A stretch of 64,000 bases of DNA from Octopus sinensis. Lineage: Eukaryota. The DNA lies in contig NC_043006.1 in the NCBI RefSeq assembly GCF_006345805.1, positions 1,364,001-1,428,000 on the forward strand, read 5' to 3'. Below the pieces are notes generated by a model. The model was not told the DNA's origin. It saw only the letters and a list, made by a program, of their open reading frames with translations, and made no database searches. Positions within the stretch are counted from its first letter, which is position 1; every line of letters starts with the position of its first letter. Shown piece by piece: positions 12,801 through 29,751 of this stretch. The translations under genes and the position numbers were made by a program.

Positions 12801-14857
12801 GTCCCAATAAACGATCTTATTCCCGCTCCACTTACCCGATAATCGCTAAAATATAATTCCATTTAATATTTATCCAGTCACAATAGACGGTCGATTACAA
12901 ACTAAATGTCAAGATTTATATTAATACAATTGCTCAAATCACATTAGATCAGTTCAGATCAGATTCGGACTTCCTCGGTATCTACTTAACAGGCATAAGG
13001 CAGTTTTTTATATAGAACCTGTGTAAATCTGTATTATCAACATACATTCACAGCTTCGTTAATCCATTAGAGATTTACATGATATTTCGTTTACCTATTA
13101 ACAATTCAAGATGCGTAAAATGTCAGATAACAGCATAATTTGAAAATCAGTCTATCAACCGGACAATCAAGCAATCTATTTATCAACTAATATTTGTATC
13201 ATGTAGTTAAGTAGTTAACTGAAACAAGTAGACACCAAACTAGATGCCGTACTATATTTCGACTCCAACTATGTTCTGAATTTGAAACTCTTTTAAAGAA
13301 CTTTAGCTTTCATCTTACCGGATTCCGTAAGATAACCACAAATAATATACTGGAGCCAATTCAATTAGCTATACCTTGTCCAAAAACTATCGATTTTTTT
13401 TTCTAGTCAAAAGATATAGATATATATTTTTATCACATAAAAGTTTGATAAAGTCAGTATTTGAGTTTTCTAAAGGATATACAAACATCATTAAGTAATA
13501 AGTATATATTCAGGAAAATGTCTCTCTAAACCAGAAGTAAAGTAACTTTATAGCTTTTTATCGGTTAGTCAGAAGAGGAGGTTACACCCATGACAATTTT
13601 GAAGGTCTCCTTAGACTGATGACAGAAAGAGGAAGGTATCTTTCAAGTGGAGCAATAGCCCACATACTTCCAACAGAGTGGATTTTGTTAAGTCACCCAG
13701 TGGTCAGATTTTGATGATATAAAGGTGTTGGTGAAACATTACGTCTACCACTCAAACAGGTTACAGCGGGATTTGAACTCAGAATGCAAAGAGCTGAAAC
13801 AGATTTTCAAGATTCCGTCCAATGCTTAAATAATTCAGCTAATTTATCACTCTGAAGTGATACTTTATTTATTTGTTCCTAAAGATCTTGGGGAAATTTG
13901 AACTCGAAATGTTAGCAACCAGAAGTAATACTGCAAAGAATTTCGTCTAATTCTCTAACATTCTTGCCAAGAGCAAATATGCAGAACCTAGAAAACACAT
14001 CTTCTTGTGTGGAAAAAAATATGATTCTTTTATTTCGCAGACGCACTTGTCTAGAAAGGGTTTTGATCAGAAACGATGCTGAAAATAAAGCAATTACAGC
14101 ATGGAAGACAGATATCAGCCTTCCAAAAACACAAAAACTGTTCACTGCACTTAATCATTTTTGATTTGGGGCCCAAGTTTTCGTCGCGGTAACAGCAACC
14201 TGGTCACTGACACGGTTTCACACCAACTCATGACCTTTTTGAACTTATAAATTCATAGATGTGTAACTTTTTCTAAATTACTTAAACCAAATTTACACAA
14301 CCAACCCCTTTACACAACCGACCCCCTTTACTGATCTTAATCGAGCCATTGAGTCTGTAACAGGAAACACTTTACTGGCAGATGAAATCTGAAACTGCCC
14401 ACTAACGAAATCTCTAAAAACCCTTTGGAGAAACAAAACTTTTTTGTCCTTGAAATCAAAACAGTAATTTCATATAAAATGTATAAATATATAGTTATAA
14501 AATTAAAATTTATTATTTCTTTCAGCATAGATGTGCCCCATAGTTTCTTAGGCGCTTGCTATTTTCCCCTAATATTAAAATGATTCCCCCGTCTTTGATC
14601 TATGTGGTCATTCGTCATCCTAGAAATAAGGGCCAGATTTCCTTCAAATCACATTCTACATTCTTTAAAAGGAAGGATAATGCATCCCTGATTACAGCAT
14701 TTCCGTAAATGACTGGATGGTAATGACTTGATTGCTTTTCATCATAAGTCTGCTCATTCAACACCAGCCTAGGGCTAAACAATGATACCAACAACAGTAA
14801 TTTCTCTTAATGTAAATTCTTTTCCAACCGACATGCAATCGATTTTTGAATGTTTCA

Positions 14858-15005
14858 TTGCTGCTGCTACTATTGTTGCTGCTGCTACTATTGTTGCTGC
14901 TGCTACTATTGTTGCTGCTGCTACTATTGTTGCTGCTGCTACTATTGTTGCTGCTGCTACTATTGTTGCTGCTGCTACTATTGTTGCTGCTACTATTGTT
15001 GCTGT
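14858..15005. repeat. 18-bp minisatellite (GCTGCTGCTACTATTGTT) x ~8
   Basis: Direct inspection. Confidence 0.9.
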
Positions 15006-15584
15006 TCCTGCTACTACTGCCCTTGCTGCTGTACTTCTGCTACAGCTGCTCCTGTTGCTGCTGTTCTTAATAGTTCTGTCCTTTACGTATAATTTATAAT
15101 TCTTGATAAGCGGATTATCTCAGTTTTGGTCTTCTTAACGGCGTCTACTTTAGGATCACTTAAACGAACGTTTGCGAGAACAGATGTCACAGAGATCACA
15201 GCATATCGATTTCACTCGAATTATGTCAGGAATACTATTTATATGAGCATTTCGAAGCTACATGTTGAATATTGCCATAAAATGTTCTTCTAGGCTATTT
15301 ATTGTACAGGGTTGACTGTTAGAGTTTCCAAGAAGTTCAGAGTTAAAATATCAACAGAAAAACAAACAGGTAACAACGATAGAACTTATAGCTTCGAGCA
15401 ACTGGTACTAGTAACTAATTGAGATTTAGTAGGTTGAATAGTCGACTGTTAAGAGATTTTCCGAATTTCCTTGCTACATGAATGCTGTTAGTTACTTTGG
15501 TGAACACTGTGCTTGTCTTATACTTGCTTTCAAAATGCCAGGACTCGGTTTCAATTGATCTGATAGTGTACAAAATATTGATTT

Positions 15585-15795
15585 CAAATTTTGGCACAAG
15601 GCCGGCAATTTCGGGGAGGGGATAAGTCAATTTCATCAACCCCAGTTTTCAACTGGTACTTATTTTATTGACTCCAAAAGAATGAATGGCAAACTCGACT
15701 TTGGTGAAATTTGAACTGAGAACGTAAAGACGGACGAAATCCTGCCAAGTGTTTTGCCCGTCGTGCTGAGGATTCTGCCAGTTCGACGCCTTCTT
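15585..15795 (-). mobile_element. Degenerate SINE family B copy
   Basis: aactggtacttatttt...gaatggcaaactcgact...gaatttgaactgagaacg...ttctgccagttcgacgcc. Confidence 0.7.
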
Positions 15796-15857
15796 AGTGA
15801 ACAAAATATCAATTGCGGTTGCTGTGACAGCCGTACTCATTATACATGCACATACTT

Positions 15858-16190
15858 AGATGGATGGATGGATAGGTTGAAGTGTATGTATGTTTGTATG
15901 GGTGGATGGATGGACGGACAGATGGATGGATGTAGAAGTGAATGAGTGAATGGAAAGAGGAAGAGATGGATAGACAAATGGATGCATGGATAAGTGAATG
16001 GATAGATGGCAGCGTGTATAGATGGATGGACGGATGGATGGATGGACGGATGGATGGACGGACGGACGGACGGACGGACGGATGGATGGATGGACGGACG
16101 ACGGACGGACGGACGGACGGACGGATGGATGGATGGATGGACGGACGGACGGACGGACGGACGGATGGATGGATGGATGGATGGATGGAC

Positions 16191-16220
<30 letters not shown>
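15858..16220. repeat. (GGAT/GGAC)n microsatellite
   Basis: Direct inspection. Confidence 0.95.
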
Positions 16221-16221
<1 letters not shown>

Positions 16222-17502
16222 AATATGCATGGAAAGATTGTGGGAGAAAGGGTTGAATGCAGGATGGTTCAATTATTAAGAAGATCACTTCGTAATCAAT
16301 CGTGCGGTCCTGAATGCGATTCCCCAGGGTGACATTTTGAGGAAGTGACTTTCTCCATGTAATTCAGTTGATTGAACGGAATCGTCATCACCAGCGCCGT
16401 CTGTTGTCCATTAAAAATGATAATGCAGCGTGGAACTTTAATACACAACATACAGTACATTGTTAATATTTGAAAAGTGCTTTTCTTCCTCTTTCTTTCG
16501 TGCATTTATTTTCTCTGTCTTTGTTGATAATAAACATTCATTAGACTTAAATACGACAATTATAAAATCTCACCATAATAAAGTTGGTCGTTTAAAAACT
16601 TTGATCATTTCAACTGACAAATATTTGATAAAATCCAATTACTTTTCACTCTGATTCCCGTCCATGAATGTTTCCATTTGATTGATTCTACATCAAAGAA
16701 AACTTGTAATAAAATACCTTTGATTTCTAAACTTCAATAATGATAACAAAAAAAAAAAATACTAAAAACTCTTAGAGTTTTCTCACATGATTCTCATCAT
16801 TGGGATGCTATGACATAACGAAATGTATTAATAATTCATTCTCCAAATAATCAATATTTTATCAGCTTCGAGTGATCAACACTATAGAGTAATAACTAAG
16901 CTCTGAGAAACCAGAAACCGCAATGCGGTTTCAATCCACGACTAAATCTATTTCCTTTTGTTTCAGCCCCTATCGCACACGACACTATTACCTGTGGTAA
17001 AGGCATCAATGCCATTCGTTGCATCCTTCCCCATACTTCACTGATACACGGGGGAGAGGTTTTAAGATAACTCAAAGAAATCGATATAGGTTGACTTTGC
17101 TCTTTTTTGTGTGTGGTCGATAAAATATAGAACCAGTGAGGGCATAAGTCAATTTACGTAGCTGTATCCTTCCTCCAAATCGTGTCTCTTGTATCCCATT
17201 TATTCCCGGGATTTGAACCAACCATACCGACCGTCTTCCAGTTTTCATTATAATCCTGTTTTTGTTTTTTTTACATTGAGAGACAACAGGCCCCTTTTGT
17301 GGGTATTGGGGGAGTGTTGAAAATAGGAAGGGAAAACTGCTACGTTTGAGAAAAGAATGGATATGGCAAAGTCATGGGACTGCAGCATGACGGATTGTGA
17401 AGAGGTAGCGGAAAGGTTCAAGTGAGCCAACAGTACTTCTTACATTGATGCTGAGTGAAGGAATCCTAGAAGACCAACAGTGAGGATCACCAAGCTCTAT
17501 TA

Positions 17503-17561
17503 AGAGTAGCATCCATTGGAGTAGCATCCATTGGAGTAGCATCCATTGGAGTAGCATCCAT
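17503..17561. repeat. 15-bp tandem repeat (GAGTAGCATCCATTG) x ~4
   Basis: Direct inspection. Confidence 0.9.
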
Positions 17562-18339
17562 GGTTGTGCAATTAGCTAATGAAAGATTCACTATGACTCA
17601 AGGTCCCAATTCAAATTCATGATAATGGAATTGGATGATAACAGAGAGTGTTGGGCATCTGCGAAAGTAGAGAAAAAATAAGTGAAACTGTAATAGACAT
17701 TTTCTAGATAACCATCCAGACCTATTCAGCGCTTTCAAATTTTCTTCAATAAGAGGACCAAACTTAATGGAGCTCGAACACTGCCAAACCTAGTTTCTTA
17801 TGACGAGTTCTGGAAACTCATGTACGAACTGTCGTCTTATTCTTCACCCATTTACGAATCTAAGTTTCTTTCCATGCACAGTTATCCGGTGATAGATTTC
17901 ATTAAGATTTACAACGACGATAGTTCACAACCGCGTTCAGTTAATTACTAGATGGGTCCTATAGAGAAACCCAATTAATTCATGATAGCATCAGCAATAC
18001 TTTGTAATTAATTTCTTCTTTACATATATTCACCGATTAAATTCAGCGGAAGAAGAGAGGGGAAACTTGACCGAAAACCATCAAATTAATAGAGTAGGAT
18101 GTTTAAATGGGTTGACTGCATTATACGTGGCTGTGTTCTGTCGATATTTCATCAACTCTGATAAGATTTAAAGAGAAAAATAGAAAGAGCATGAGATTTT
18201 AATTGATAAAGGGATGTAACTAAATACCGACATTTTATTGTTCTTGTCATCCGCCGACAAGTGATCGCCAGAAAAAATACCGTAAGATAAATCTATTCCA
18301 TCTTACTGTGGAATAGACGACCATTATCTTTTACTTAAT

Positions 18340-18820
18340 CTCTTACTGTTTCAGTCATTGGACTGCGCCCATGCTGGGGCACGGTCTTGACTGGTTTAGT
18401 CGAACAAATCAACCACACTACTTGTTTAAATCTGGTTCGTATTCTATCAACCCTTTTGCCGAACCGCTAGGCTACTTGGACGTAAACAAGCCAACACCAG
18501 ATTTCAAGTGGTGGTGGAGAGCAAACACCACACATACCCACACACATACGCGCGCGCACACACACACATGTACACATATATATATATATATATGTACTGG
18601 TGGTGCTCCAGCATGGCCACAGCTTTGAATTGAAAATGTAAAATAAATTAAAGAAATATATACGACGGGTTTCCATACAGTTTCCGTCTTCCAAATTCAT
18701 TCTCCAGCCATCTGTCAGTCCGGAGCTATAGTAGAAGACACTTGCCCAAGGTGCTGCACTGTGGGATTGAACCCGAAACTATATTGTTGCAAAGTGCATT
18801 TCTTAACCACACAGCCATGC
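18340..18820 (-). mobile_element. Degenerate SINE family A copy with an inverted tail fragment inside its microsatellite
   Basis: Both halves match family A on the minus strand; 18598-18650 matches the family A tail on the plus strand. Confidence 0.75.
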
Positions 18821-19023
18821 ATGTTGATAAAAGCCATAGAAATAATAACATATATTTATTGCAAATATACAAATGAGGAATTTTATTTATTGAATTCTAT
18901 TTTGAAGTAATATTTTTTTTTTAATATTAGTATTCAGTTCATAAGTACCAAGAAATTTGATAAAAGTTAAACGATAATTATTATATGTATGCCATATTTC
19001 CTGATATTACCCATGATGTCAAC

Positions 19024-19355
<332 letters not shown>

Positions 19356-21352
19356 ATATATATAGTTACCCGTCATATGATGAGTAACAACCTAGTATCG
19401 ATAATAAGGTATAAAACTGACAATATCTTAATGATACTAATTGTACCGTCAATAACCATTTTAGACCGAAGAAGGAGCCTCTACGTAGTTTGTTAACTCG
19501 CCAGAAATAGCAGCCAAATTTTCCTCAACACACACCAAGCCTTATTTGATGAAAGATCGTGCTATACGTTATAGTCTGACATACCGCAAAAGTACAAAAG
19601 GTTATGATTGGAATGACCTAGGGCTAAACAAAAGCAAAAACATCAACGCAGTGGTATTATAATTTTGAATTCCAGCATATAGATTCGTTTACTTGATCAT
19701 TTAGTGCAGTCCTTCTATTTGGTTTCGTGGTTTGCTGAATCATTCCCCCCCTTACTTTGTCCGAACTACCAGAAAAACCATCAATGGTTCCCTCTATCAA
19801 TCACAGTTATTACAAAAGAGATATTCATTTCGTCATAATTCGAAGTAGGGCAAGAATTTTCAAATTAAAATGAATTTAATTATAATTAAAATGAATTAAT
19901 TATAAAATGAATTAATTACAAGTAGTGAGGTTGATTTGTTCGACTAAACCAGTCATGGCCGTGTCCCTGCATGGCCGCAGTCCAATGATGCCTAAAATTT
20001 GTATATTTAATATTCTTTTTGTTTGATTAATACTTTCTGGTCGTTATTGATCATATATAACCCCATTTCATCATTTTTAGAAATGATCAGCTTAACATAA
20101 CTTGTAACATAATAAAAATTTTATTAAGTGAGATATTTCATTAAAGATGGAAGAATTTATCCGGAAAAAAAACATGGAAAGCGTAAAGCAAAATATCAAT
20201 GTATTACTCTACTGTTTAACATAATCATTCCAAAAAACTATTTCCATGAAAATAAATTGTTACTCCATTTTTCTATGTATATCCTAAGCAATTCTAATGC
20301 CACTTCAATTTCTCTCCATATTTTTCCTATTTTGGGTTGTTGCTTTTTTTTTAGTTAGAGTTTAATCAGCCATAACTTTTTCGACTTGCCTACAAAATAT
20401 CTTCTTTCTGCAGTGTTTTATTTTTGTACTGCTTAAGTTTCTTCTGGGTTTCAAGAAACGTTTCTCTTTCCGTTTTCAACCTATTTTCTTCCGTAGACCA
20501 TTGATTCTTCCACTAATCATTCTAATTTCTCCATCTTCAAATTCCACTTCCTGACCATTAATGCAATATTGCATTTTCTGTTTATCTTTTACTTCAGTGA
20601 TTCCTAAATGTCTGTGCCGTCGTTTCCAAACCATTGCAGCCGTAGTTCTTCATTATTTCTTCTCTCGTAATACACTTTGCAGCAAATAAAAATCATTTGG
20701 TGCATTTCGTTTATAAATTCAAAAGTATTTGCACAAATAATTTGAATTAAATACAATTATCAAGAATTTCTTTATTCAAATATTGAAAGATCAATATTTA
20801 ACATCAAGGAGTTAAATACGAATTTCAGTTTGTATTTTTCTCCATTTTTCAGCAATAATTATATTATTTTCGCGACGTACACAGTTATATCTCACGGTGC
20901 ACTGTCTGCGATATGTGCTTGAATGTAACAGTACATTTTCCTAGAGATCGATCTATCTTTCTATCCATGTATCTATCAATGTATCTAGCTAATAATCTAT
21001 CTCGTCAGTGTAGTTCCAATCGAGTCACACATTGTCCTCACCATGCCACTGTAAATTTTGCTGTTTATATACATACTTATACAAAAATATTCACGGATGT
21101 GTGTGTATATATTGGCCTACCACATCCACTTCCAATATCATGCATAAATATATAATGTATATATATACACACGTGTGTGCGTGTGTGCGTGTGTGCGTGT
21201 ACGTGTGTGCGTGTGCGTACACGCGTGAATGTGTATTATGTTCTTTACATCGTTGTCTTCCTCTCTTTTTGCTTTCTCATGAATAATCTTTCATCGCTTG
21301 ATTGTCTGCCAACCAGGAAATTGTCTCTGATGATTCTCTTAACGTTCCATCC

Positions 21353-23070
<1,718 letters not shown>

Positions 23071-23199
23071 AGTTTCGCATTACAGAATTGAACATCAATT
23101 ATCCATACTCAATCCTTGAAACTGCTCTATAGATTATAGTTTGCTTTTTTTGCTATTTTTTTGTCTTGATTTTTGCCTACTAGTTCTACTTTGACATTA

Positions 23200-23700
23200 T
23201 TTCCCATGCTGATTATCGATTCTACTTGAAATCACTGCTACTATTTTTAGTTTATCGATTTACATCCTCCTGGGCCTTTTCTCTTCATATCCATCATGCA
23301 ATACATAAACCCAAACCAGCCAGCCGGTTCGCACGCAGCTACCTACAGCACTCAGAGAAACTTACCCATCACCACAGCTCATGCATGACTACCATCCGTA
23401 AAGAAAAATCATACTTCGTGCATCACAAAACCTGCAAACTCTTCTGCTCTCCTAAATTGCAGCTACACCTTAGAGTCCTTTACCAAAAATACCTCTGCAA
23501 ACTTTTGGGAATCTTCTTTCTAAGCATTCTTCCGCCGTGATTGCTCCATAAAGGATTCTTCTTAGGGGAAATCTACATTTACTAGCAACTTTGTCAAATC
23601 ATTCCTTGTCAGCACGTCCTCCTTTCTCAGATCCCCGTCTCACCCCTCTATTTGTGCACCCGTCCATCTCAACAATTTTGGAAGGCCTCTGAAAATGGTG
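23200..23700 (+). mobile_element. Highly decayed LINE ORF2 fragment (CR1/Jockey-like)
   Basis: The translation (WAFSLHIHHAIHK...SCMTTIRKEKSYFVHHKTCKL) resembles the EN-RT linker of LINE ORF2. Weak, by-eye match. Confidence 0.35.
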
Positions 23701-24859
23701 TGTTTATTCTCTTCACTCCCAAGAAAACCATTTAAAGAAATCAAGTAATTTTTTTCAAGTCATTTTCTAACTGTAACCGTTGTTGTTTAACACAAGGCCG
23801 ACCTTGATTGAGTGGACCCTTGATCAACAGCGTCCTAGCTATGAGCAGCTTCCTTCATCGTTTATAACGGTATGGTGTGATTTGAAGGAGAGCTATCTGC
23901 TATTTCCAGCAAGTGGGAGGATTCTTCATTGGTTCTTCAGGTCGTCTCACTGTAATTAGACTTCGTAGTTTTTCTTCGTTAATATGGCATGTAACAGGTG
24001 AGAAGTGCCACCTTTCTAAACTATGTGTGTTGATCGAATCACAATAAACGCATGAATGAGCGTAATAACAACACATCTCTTTCCCATTCGTTCCAATGTC
24101 ACTGTTCACTTTCATGGTTGACTTAAAATATAACTTTCCTATCTGCTACTAAAAAAACCTTATGAATCTTTTTGTATTGCTTTCACTAATCATATACCCA
24201 TGTTTTTGTTTGTTCTCTTTTTATTATCGACAGCAATTATATGTGATATGCAATAGTTTTATTATTGGGATTATTAACTTGTCACAGTATCCAGTTGCAG
24301 CAGCACTAAATAATGCACACGTCCGCTTTAATGTTTTGCTGACCCGACTAATGAGCAACGGAGAATAATATTGTCTCTTTAGATGAATCCGTTAATCAAT
24401 GATGCATTGCATTTATTACATTTTCCTAGTTACAGTATAGAAATTGCAGTGACTGGAATCGTTTCACTTACGTCAATGGTATGTCATGGCAAAACAATAT
24501 CCTGTTCCACTTTGTTTATAATTCTGAACAACTGATTGAGACGGATGACATATCTCACTAACAATATCTTCATTAAATCTCAGCAAAAAAAAAACATCTA
24601 TTTTTACACTATTAGGTTTTAAAATAGAATTCATGGGTGGTCTAAAGCTAATTAACTCACGTTATTGCGCAAGCGAATCCAAAAGGCCTGATTTCTGCGA
24701 CAGTGCAGCCTTTATGCGCTGCTCCTGGGAATGGAACGCACTGTAGTTACTGCAGTGTGTTTCCAAATAACGGAGTATGTCCTTGTAGAGACAGACAGAA
24801 AGATTGAATAGTTTGGTAAGTGTTCCTTTTGTCTAAGAACGAGGCTAAAGTTTGTAGGG

Positions 24860-25200
24860 AAGAATATAATCGATCCAAGTTTATTGCAGAATTTGAAATA
24901 TCGATCCATTAGGAATGAAAGGCAAAACCGAACTTAGTACTATAAGCACCCTATCTAAGCTGACCATACATATAACAAGCTTGTGATATATGAAGCCGTC
25001 TACTCGAAAATGTGAGCAGCCAATTACCATGATATCCTTCGGCAGATATTCTTCTACAACAACACACTCTTATTCTAGTACAAACGTATGACCAGGTCCT
25101 TACTCTATCTTTCATTTCATCTGCTACCCACAATCTAGATGGTACTTTTATTTTTCTTTATGTTGCTTCACAAATCAATTTCACGATTGCTCCTACCCCA
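24860..25200 (-). mobile_element. Highly decayed CR1/L2-like RT C-terminal fragment
   Basis: Across frameshifts the minus strand gives VKDLVI...GY...NWLLTFSSR, resembling VKDLG...KA...LLRTF.SR. Confidence 0.3.
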
Positions 25201-25796
25201 AAACAAACAGCGGATTAAAAGCTACTTTTCCATGTTTCAAAGTTGCCTTGCCAAGGAAGCTTTCACCTGTTCTCTACTTTTGGTCAATCATGATTTTTCA
25301 CAACGACACACGGTTACAAATATCTAGTGTAGAATCACCTTGTGTTGTAACCTCATTGCCTTGAGTGTATTGTAGGTGCGCCGTCATGATACACGGCGTC
25401 TTCAGCAATTTTAGACCTGGCTGAGACCATTTTTCTCCAGATCTGAACACAAGAGATTTCTCCAAAAAAGATAAATGGGAAAAAAAGAAAGAGAAAAATG
25501 ATCCTACTACAGAACTGATACCTTATTCATCGGCCAAAGAATGAAAAGCAAAGTTGTCTTTAAAAGGACTTGAATTCAAAGCGATGGTTGCCAGAACGAT
25601 TACGGTAAAGTGATCTGAGTGATGTACCAACGACTCCACTACTTAGCCGCCTACTGTTAGAACATACTTTATGAAATCAGAACAACTCTTCATGCTGACT
25701 TGCAGTTTTCGAATTATTTTCTGCTCAGCACATTAATACATTTCCCTAAAAACATGACCCAACCCAACTGAGAGGAATGTTGTTATTTCAGACAGA

Positions 25797-25975
25797 ACGT
25801 GGTTGTGTGGCAAGTAGCTTGCTCACCAACCACAAGGTTCCGGGTTCAGTCACACTGCGTGGAATCTTGGCCAAGTGTCTTCTACTATAGCCTCGAGCCG
25901 ACCAAAGCCTTGTGAGTGGATTTGGTAGACGGAAACTGAAAGAAGCCCGTCGTATATATGTATACATATGTATGT

Positions 25976-26028
<53 letters not shown>

Positions 26029-26222
26029 TGTGGTTGTCCCCCCAACATCGCTTGACAGCCGATGCTGGTGTGTTTACGTCCCCGTAACTTAGCGGTTCGG
26101 CAAAACAGACCGATAAAATAAGTACTAGGCTTAGAAAGAACAAGTCTTGGGGTCGATTTGCTCGACTAAAGGCGGTGCTCCAGCATGGCCGCAGTCAAAT
26201 GACTGAAACAAGTAAAAGAGAA
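25797..26222 (+). mobile_element. SINE family A
   Basis: Full-length match with an internal (TG)n. Confidence 0.9.
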
Positions 26223-28111
26223 AGCATTAAAGAACAAAAAGAAATACTAGAGAAAAGGTTAGAAACGACTTAAATGTTTTTTAAGAATGAAAGTTTTCTT
26301 TCCCTTGAAATATTACTTTTTTCAACTTCAATCCATATTTTGTTTTCCTCAAGAGAGTGACCAGAGACGCAAAATGTATTTATTTATCATCTCAGCTCCA
26401 GAGGGAGAGGAAAAGATCGCTTTGTTAAGCAGATTTCTGTTCTTTCTTCAAATAAACTGAAGTTGTGTTGACCATCTTGTTTGTAGAAACATTAATTTTA
26501 TTGTCAATTTGATTAAATTTCTCGTTTTGAGTTCCGTGTTTGGGATTAACTGTCATCGTTATTGATTGTTTTTCACTGGATTATAATCTTTGAAGTGTGA
26601 CAGATTTTCCAGAACTTTAAATACGTTTTTTGATCATTAAAATTTCAAGCTGGAATCTTCTGTGGCCATCTCCTCAATTAAACTACAAAGAACATAACAA
26701 TAATTGGAAGACATAATGAGATTCTTTGATAAAATTTAGCTTTTTTTTTTTATTTTAGCTTCTTTCTGTTGTAAAGTTATCTTCCAGCAACTTCGTCTAA
26801 ATACTCTCATCTTTCGAATGCTTTCTAGAATAGTTCATTATTTCCTGTCTAGAGCGGAGGTTGGTAGAATCGTTAAAGCTGTTTTACGTTTTGGCTCTTT
26901 ATGTTCAGAGTTTCAACACCATGAAGGTCGGCTTTGCTTTTCATTCTTTGATGGTGGAGGGGGGGGGGGGGCGATAAAATAATTTAAACACTAAGGTTGA
27001 TATTATCGACTGGTTGCCTCCTCCTAAAATTATAATTTTGTTCCTATGAACACGAATCCTTATTTCTTAAATGATATTTCGTTTTTAGAATTCTTTCCGA
27101 AATTGTAATTATCATTAACAAGATTGCATCTAATGTAATATTAATTATCTAGATGAGTTGGTCCTTCTTTCAGGTTAACTTCACTTCATTTTAACTCATT
27201 TAACATTATTTAACATTTATTGGTGTGGATATAATTAGCATGCTCCGCTTGTCTTTCTCTGGTGCGATATATTTTCCATCAAAAATAATCAGTCAAAAGT
27301 GTTATATTATTTTGAAAACGAACAGAGATGACTGAGCGACAAAATGTCTGCGATGAATTATTGTTAACAGTTATAATTTAGAGATGAAACACGTCTTCAA
27401 TATTTATATTTTAGTGTGGGTGTTAAGTAGTTATTAAATAATCGATGAAATTTTTTTTATTCTGTTTATTTAACTGGGAACGTAATGTACAGATTTTTAC
27501 AGCATTTGAATAAATAACAATATTTCAGAATTAACAAATAAAAGAACATTTAGTTACTGCAACAGTGATTCATTTATAGCGAGGACAGTTTAAGATAAGG
27601 AAATATGAACGACTTTTCGCGCGATTTACTGACATAATTATTCTACGTGATGTCTTTAACCGTTATCAATATTTAAAGGTAAAATAATTCAGAGGCCATC
27701 ACACTGAGAAAAACGGCATTACCTCCCGTGGAATCTGATAGCTCTCTTTTCAGAAATTTTCTCACTTTTTATATAGCGTCAGTAAAAAGCACCAGAACAT
27801 TCTGTAAATAACTTGGCGGCAAGATTTCAGCCCACCAAGCGATCTAACTGGTCGCATGAAATAGATTCCTTTTATGACAGCCGTGGTCCGAAGCTGGAAA
27901 ATATGAATGCAATAGTTGAAACTGCACTGTCATATCGCTATATTATCAACCTTTCGGTCGGTTTGAGTTGTGATGTTTGTTATTCCTGGATATGAACATA
28001 CTGCCGGATTCGGGTGTTTTGTCTTGAAAATATAGATATCTTATTTGATCAAGTCAGGAAGCATGCATAAAAACAGGGTAACACTTTTGATCATAGGTGA
28101 AACGAATCTAA

Positions 28112-28333
28112 ACTCTCTCTCTTTTACTCTTTTACTTGTTTCAGTCATTTGACTGCGGCCATGCTGGAGCACCGCCTTTAGTCGAGCAAATCGACCCCGG
28201 GACTTATTCTTTGTAAGCCCAGTACTTATTCTATCGGTCTGTTTTGCCGAACCGCTAAGTGACGGGGACGTAAACACACCAGCATCGGTTGTCAAGCAAT
28301 GCTAGGGGGACAAACACAGACACACAAACACAT

Positions 28334-28369
<36 letters not shown>

Positions 28370-28535
28370 ATATATACGACAGGCTTCTTTCAGTTTCCGT
28401 CTACCAAATCCACTCACAAGGCATTAATCGGCTCGGGGCTATAGCAGAAGACACTTGCTCAAGATGCCACGCAGTGGGACTGAACCCGGAACCATGTGGT
28501 TGGTTAGCAAGCTACTTACCACACAGCCACTCCTA
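28112..28535 (-). mobile_element. SINE family A
   Basis: Full-length reverse-complement match with internal (CA)/(TA). Confidence 0.9.
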
Positions 28536-28934
28536 TGTAAATATTTAAAACATATTTCATCACTAAAGAGAGGATTATTGGTGAAAAACATTGTAATTGT
28601 AAAGTAAATTAACTATTAATTTTAAAATCCAATACAGTGCTAAAATATATTTTAGACATTAAAAATCGATAATTTTATTTTGCACTTCTACATAAATGTT
28701 TAGAATTCTGAACTAAACAAAATGGCTCTCCTCCAGCTTCTAAACTGAAACAAGTAAAAGAATAGATTGTGGCTTCTAATTCACACAAAATATCATTTTG
28801 TTTTTCTTCTCTGATCACAAAATATAACCTGCCATGCGAAGCTATAAGAATCCATAGTTATAACCAATTCTCCAGAGTCAGTCGCATTAATTAAATTCTG
28901 TTATCTCTCTTGTCGAACTGAGTAATAGTCCTTT

Positions 28935-29140
28935 CTGCTACAGACACAAGGCCTGAAATTTTTGGGTAGGGGCTAGCCGATTACGTCGACCCCAGTAATC
29001 AGCTGGTGCTTATTTTACCGACTCCGAAAGATGAAAGGCAAAGTCGACCTTCGCGGAATTTGAACTCAGAATGTAGAGATGTGTGAAATGCCGCTGAACA
29101 TTTTGCCAGGCGTGCTAACCATTCTGCCACCTCGCCGCCT
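28935..29140 (-). mobile_element. SINE family B variant
   Basis: gaaaggcaaagtcgacc...gaatttgaactcagaa...ttctgccacctcgccgcc. Confidence 0.8.
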
Positions 29141-29236
29141 TCGAATTGAGTAACGTTAATTTTATAAAACCCGAGTAAAGTGGATACCTGGTTTCTCGTA
29201 TGAAACATTATTTGCCACAACCTCAAAGAATAGAAA

Positions 29237-29751
29237 TCTATATATATAAAACTGTAGTTGTGTGAGTGTCTGTTCCCTTCGATTTAGATTCCTAACTACT
29301 CCCACATTTTGCGGTGCAGTTTAACCAAATTCGGGTATCTTATAGTCGTGATTCATATCGAGCCCGTCTGAGTATTAGCGCGCGTCTACGATGAGTCTAC
29401 GATTTTAAAAATAATTTAACATCATTTTTTATTCCATTTTAACGCCTATTTTTTTGTGTGTCGATGGTGGCGGAGTTGGCGTCCACGGTCACAGCTGCAC
29501 CTGTGTTTGCTTCTCCCCCTTCTTCCCTCCCTCGTGAAGCTGTGGGGAAGGGAGTGTAAGGAAATCAACGTCGTAAAGCGTTGTCAAGGAGACCAGCGTT
29601 CTTTTAGAACAACGACTTCATTGCTTGAAGACACCAAAACAGAAATGGCTAAGAAAGCCCGACTTGGCATCTATAAGGGAAGTAACTCTCTAAAAATGTT
29701 TATATAGTTATTTCCCTTATAAACCCGAGCAACGCCGGGCGATACTGCTAG
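29237..29751 (+). mobile_element. Non-autonomous Helitron, complete
   Basis: 5' TC (TCTATATATATAAAA), subterminal hairpin CCCGAGCAACGCCGGG and 3' CTAG; inserted between A and T with no TSD. Confidence 0.85.

Noticed and set aside
12308-12862. Poly-Asp/Ser/Thr/Met ORFs
   Set aside because: A trinucleotide array is open in several frames on both strands; there is no unique coding flank.
14782-15099. AAATIV or CCCCYY repeat 'protein'
   Set aside because: An 18-bp minisatellite derived from (GCT/GTT)n and open in all three frames.
17503-17561. CRISPR-like short repeats
   Set aside because: No spacers, no cas genes and a eukaryotic context.
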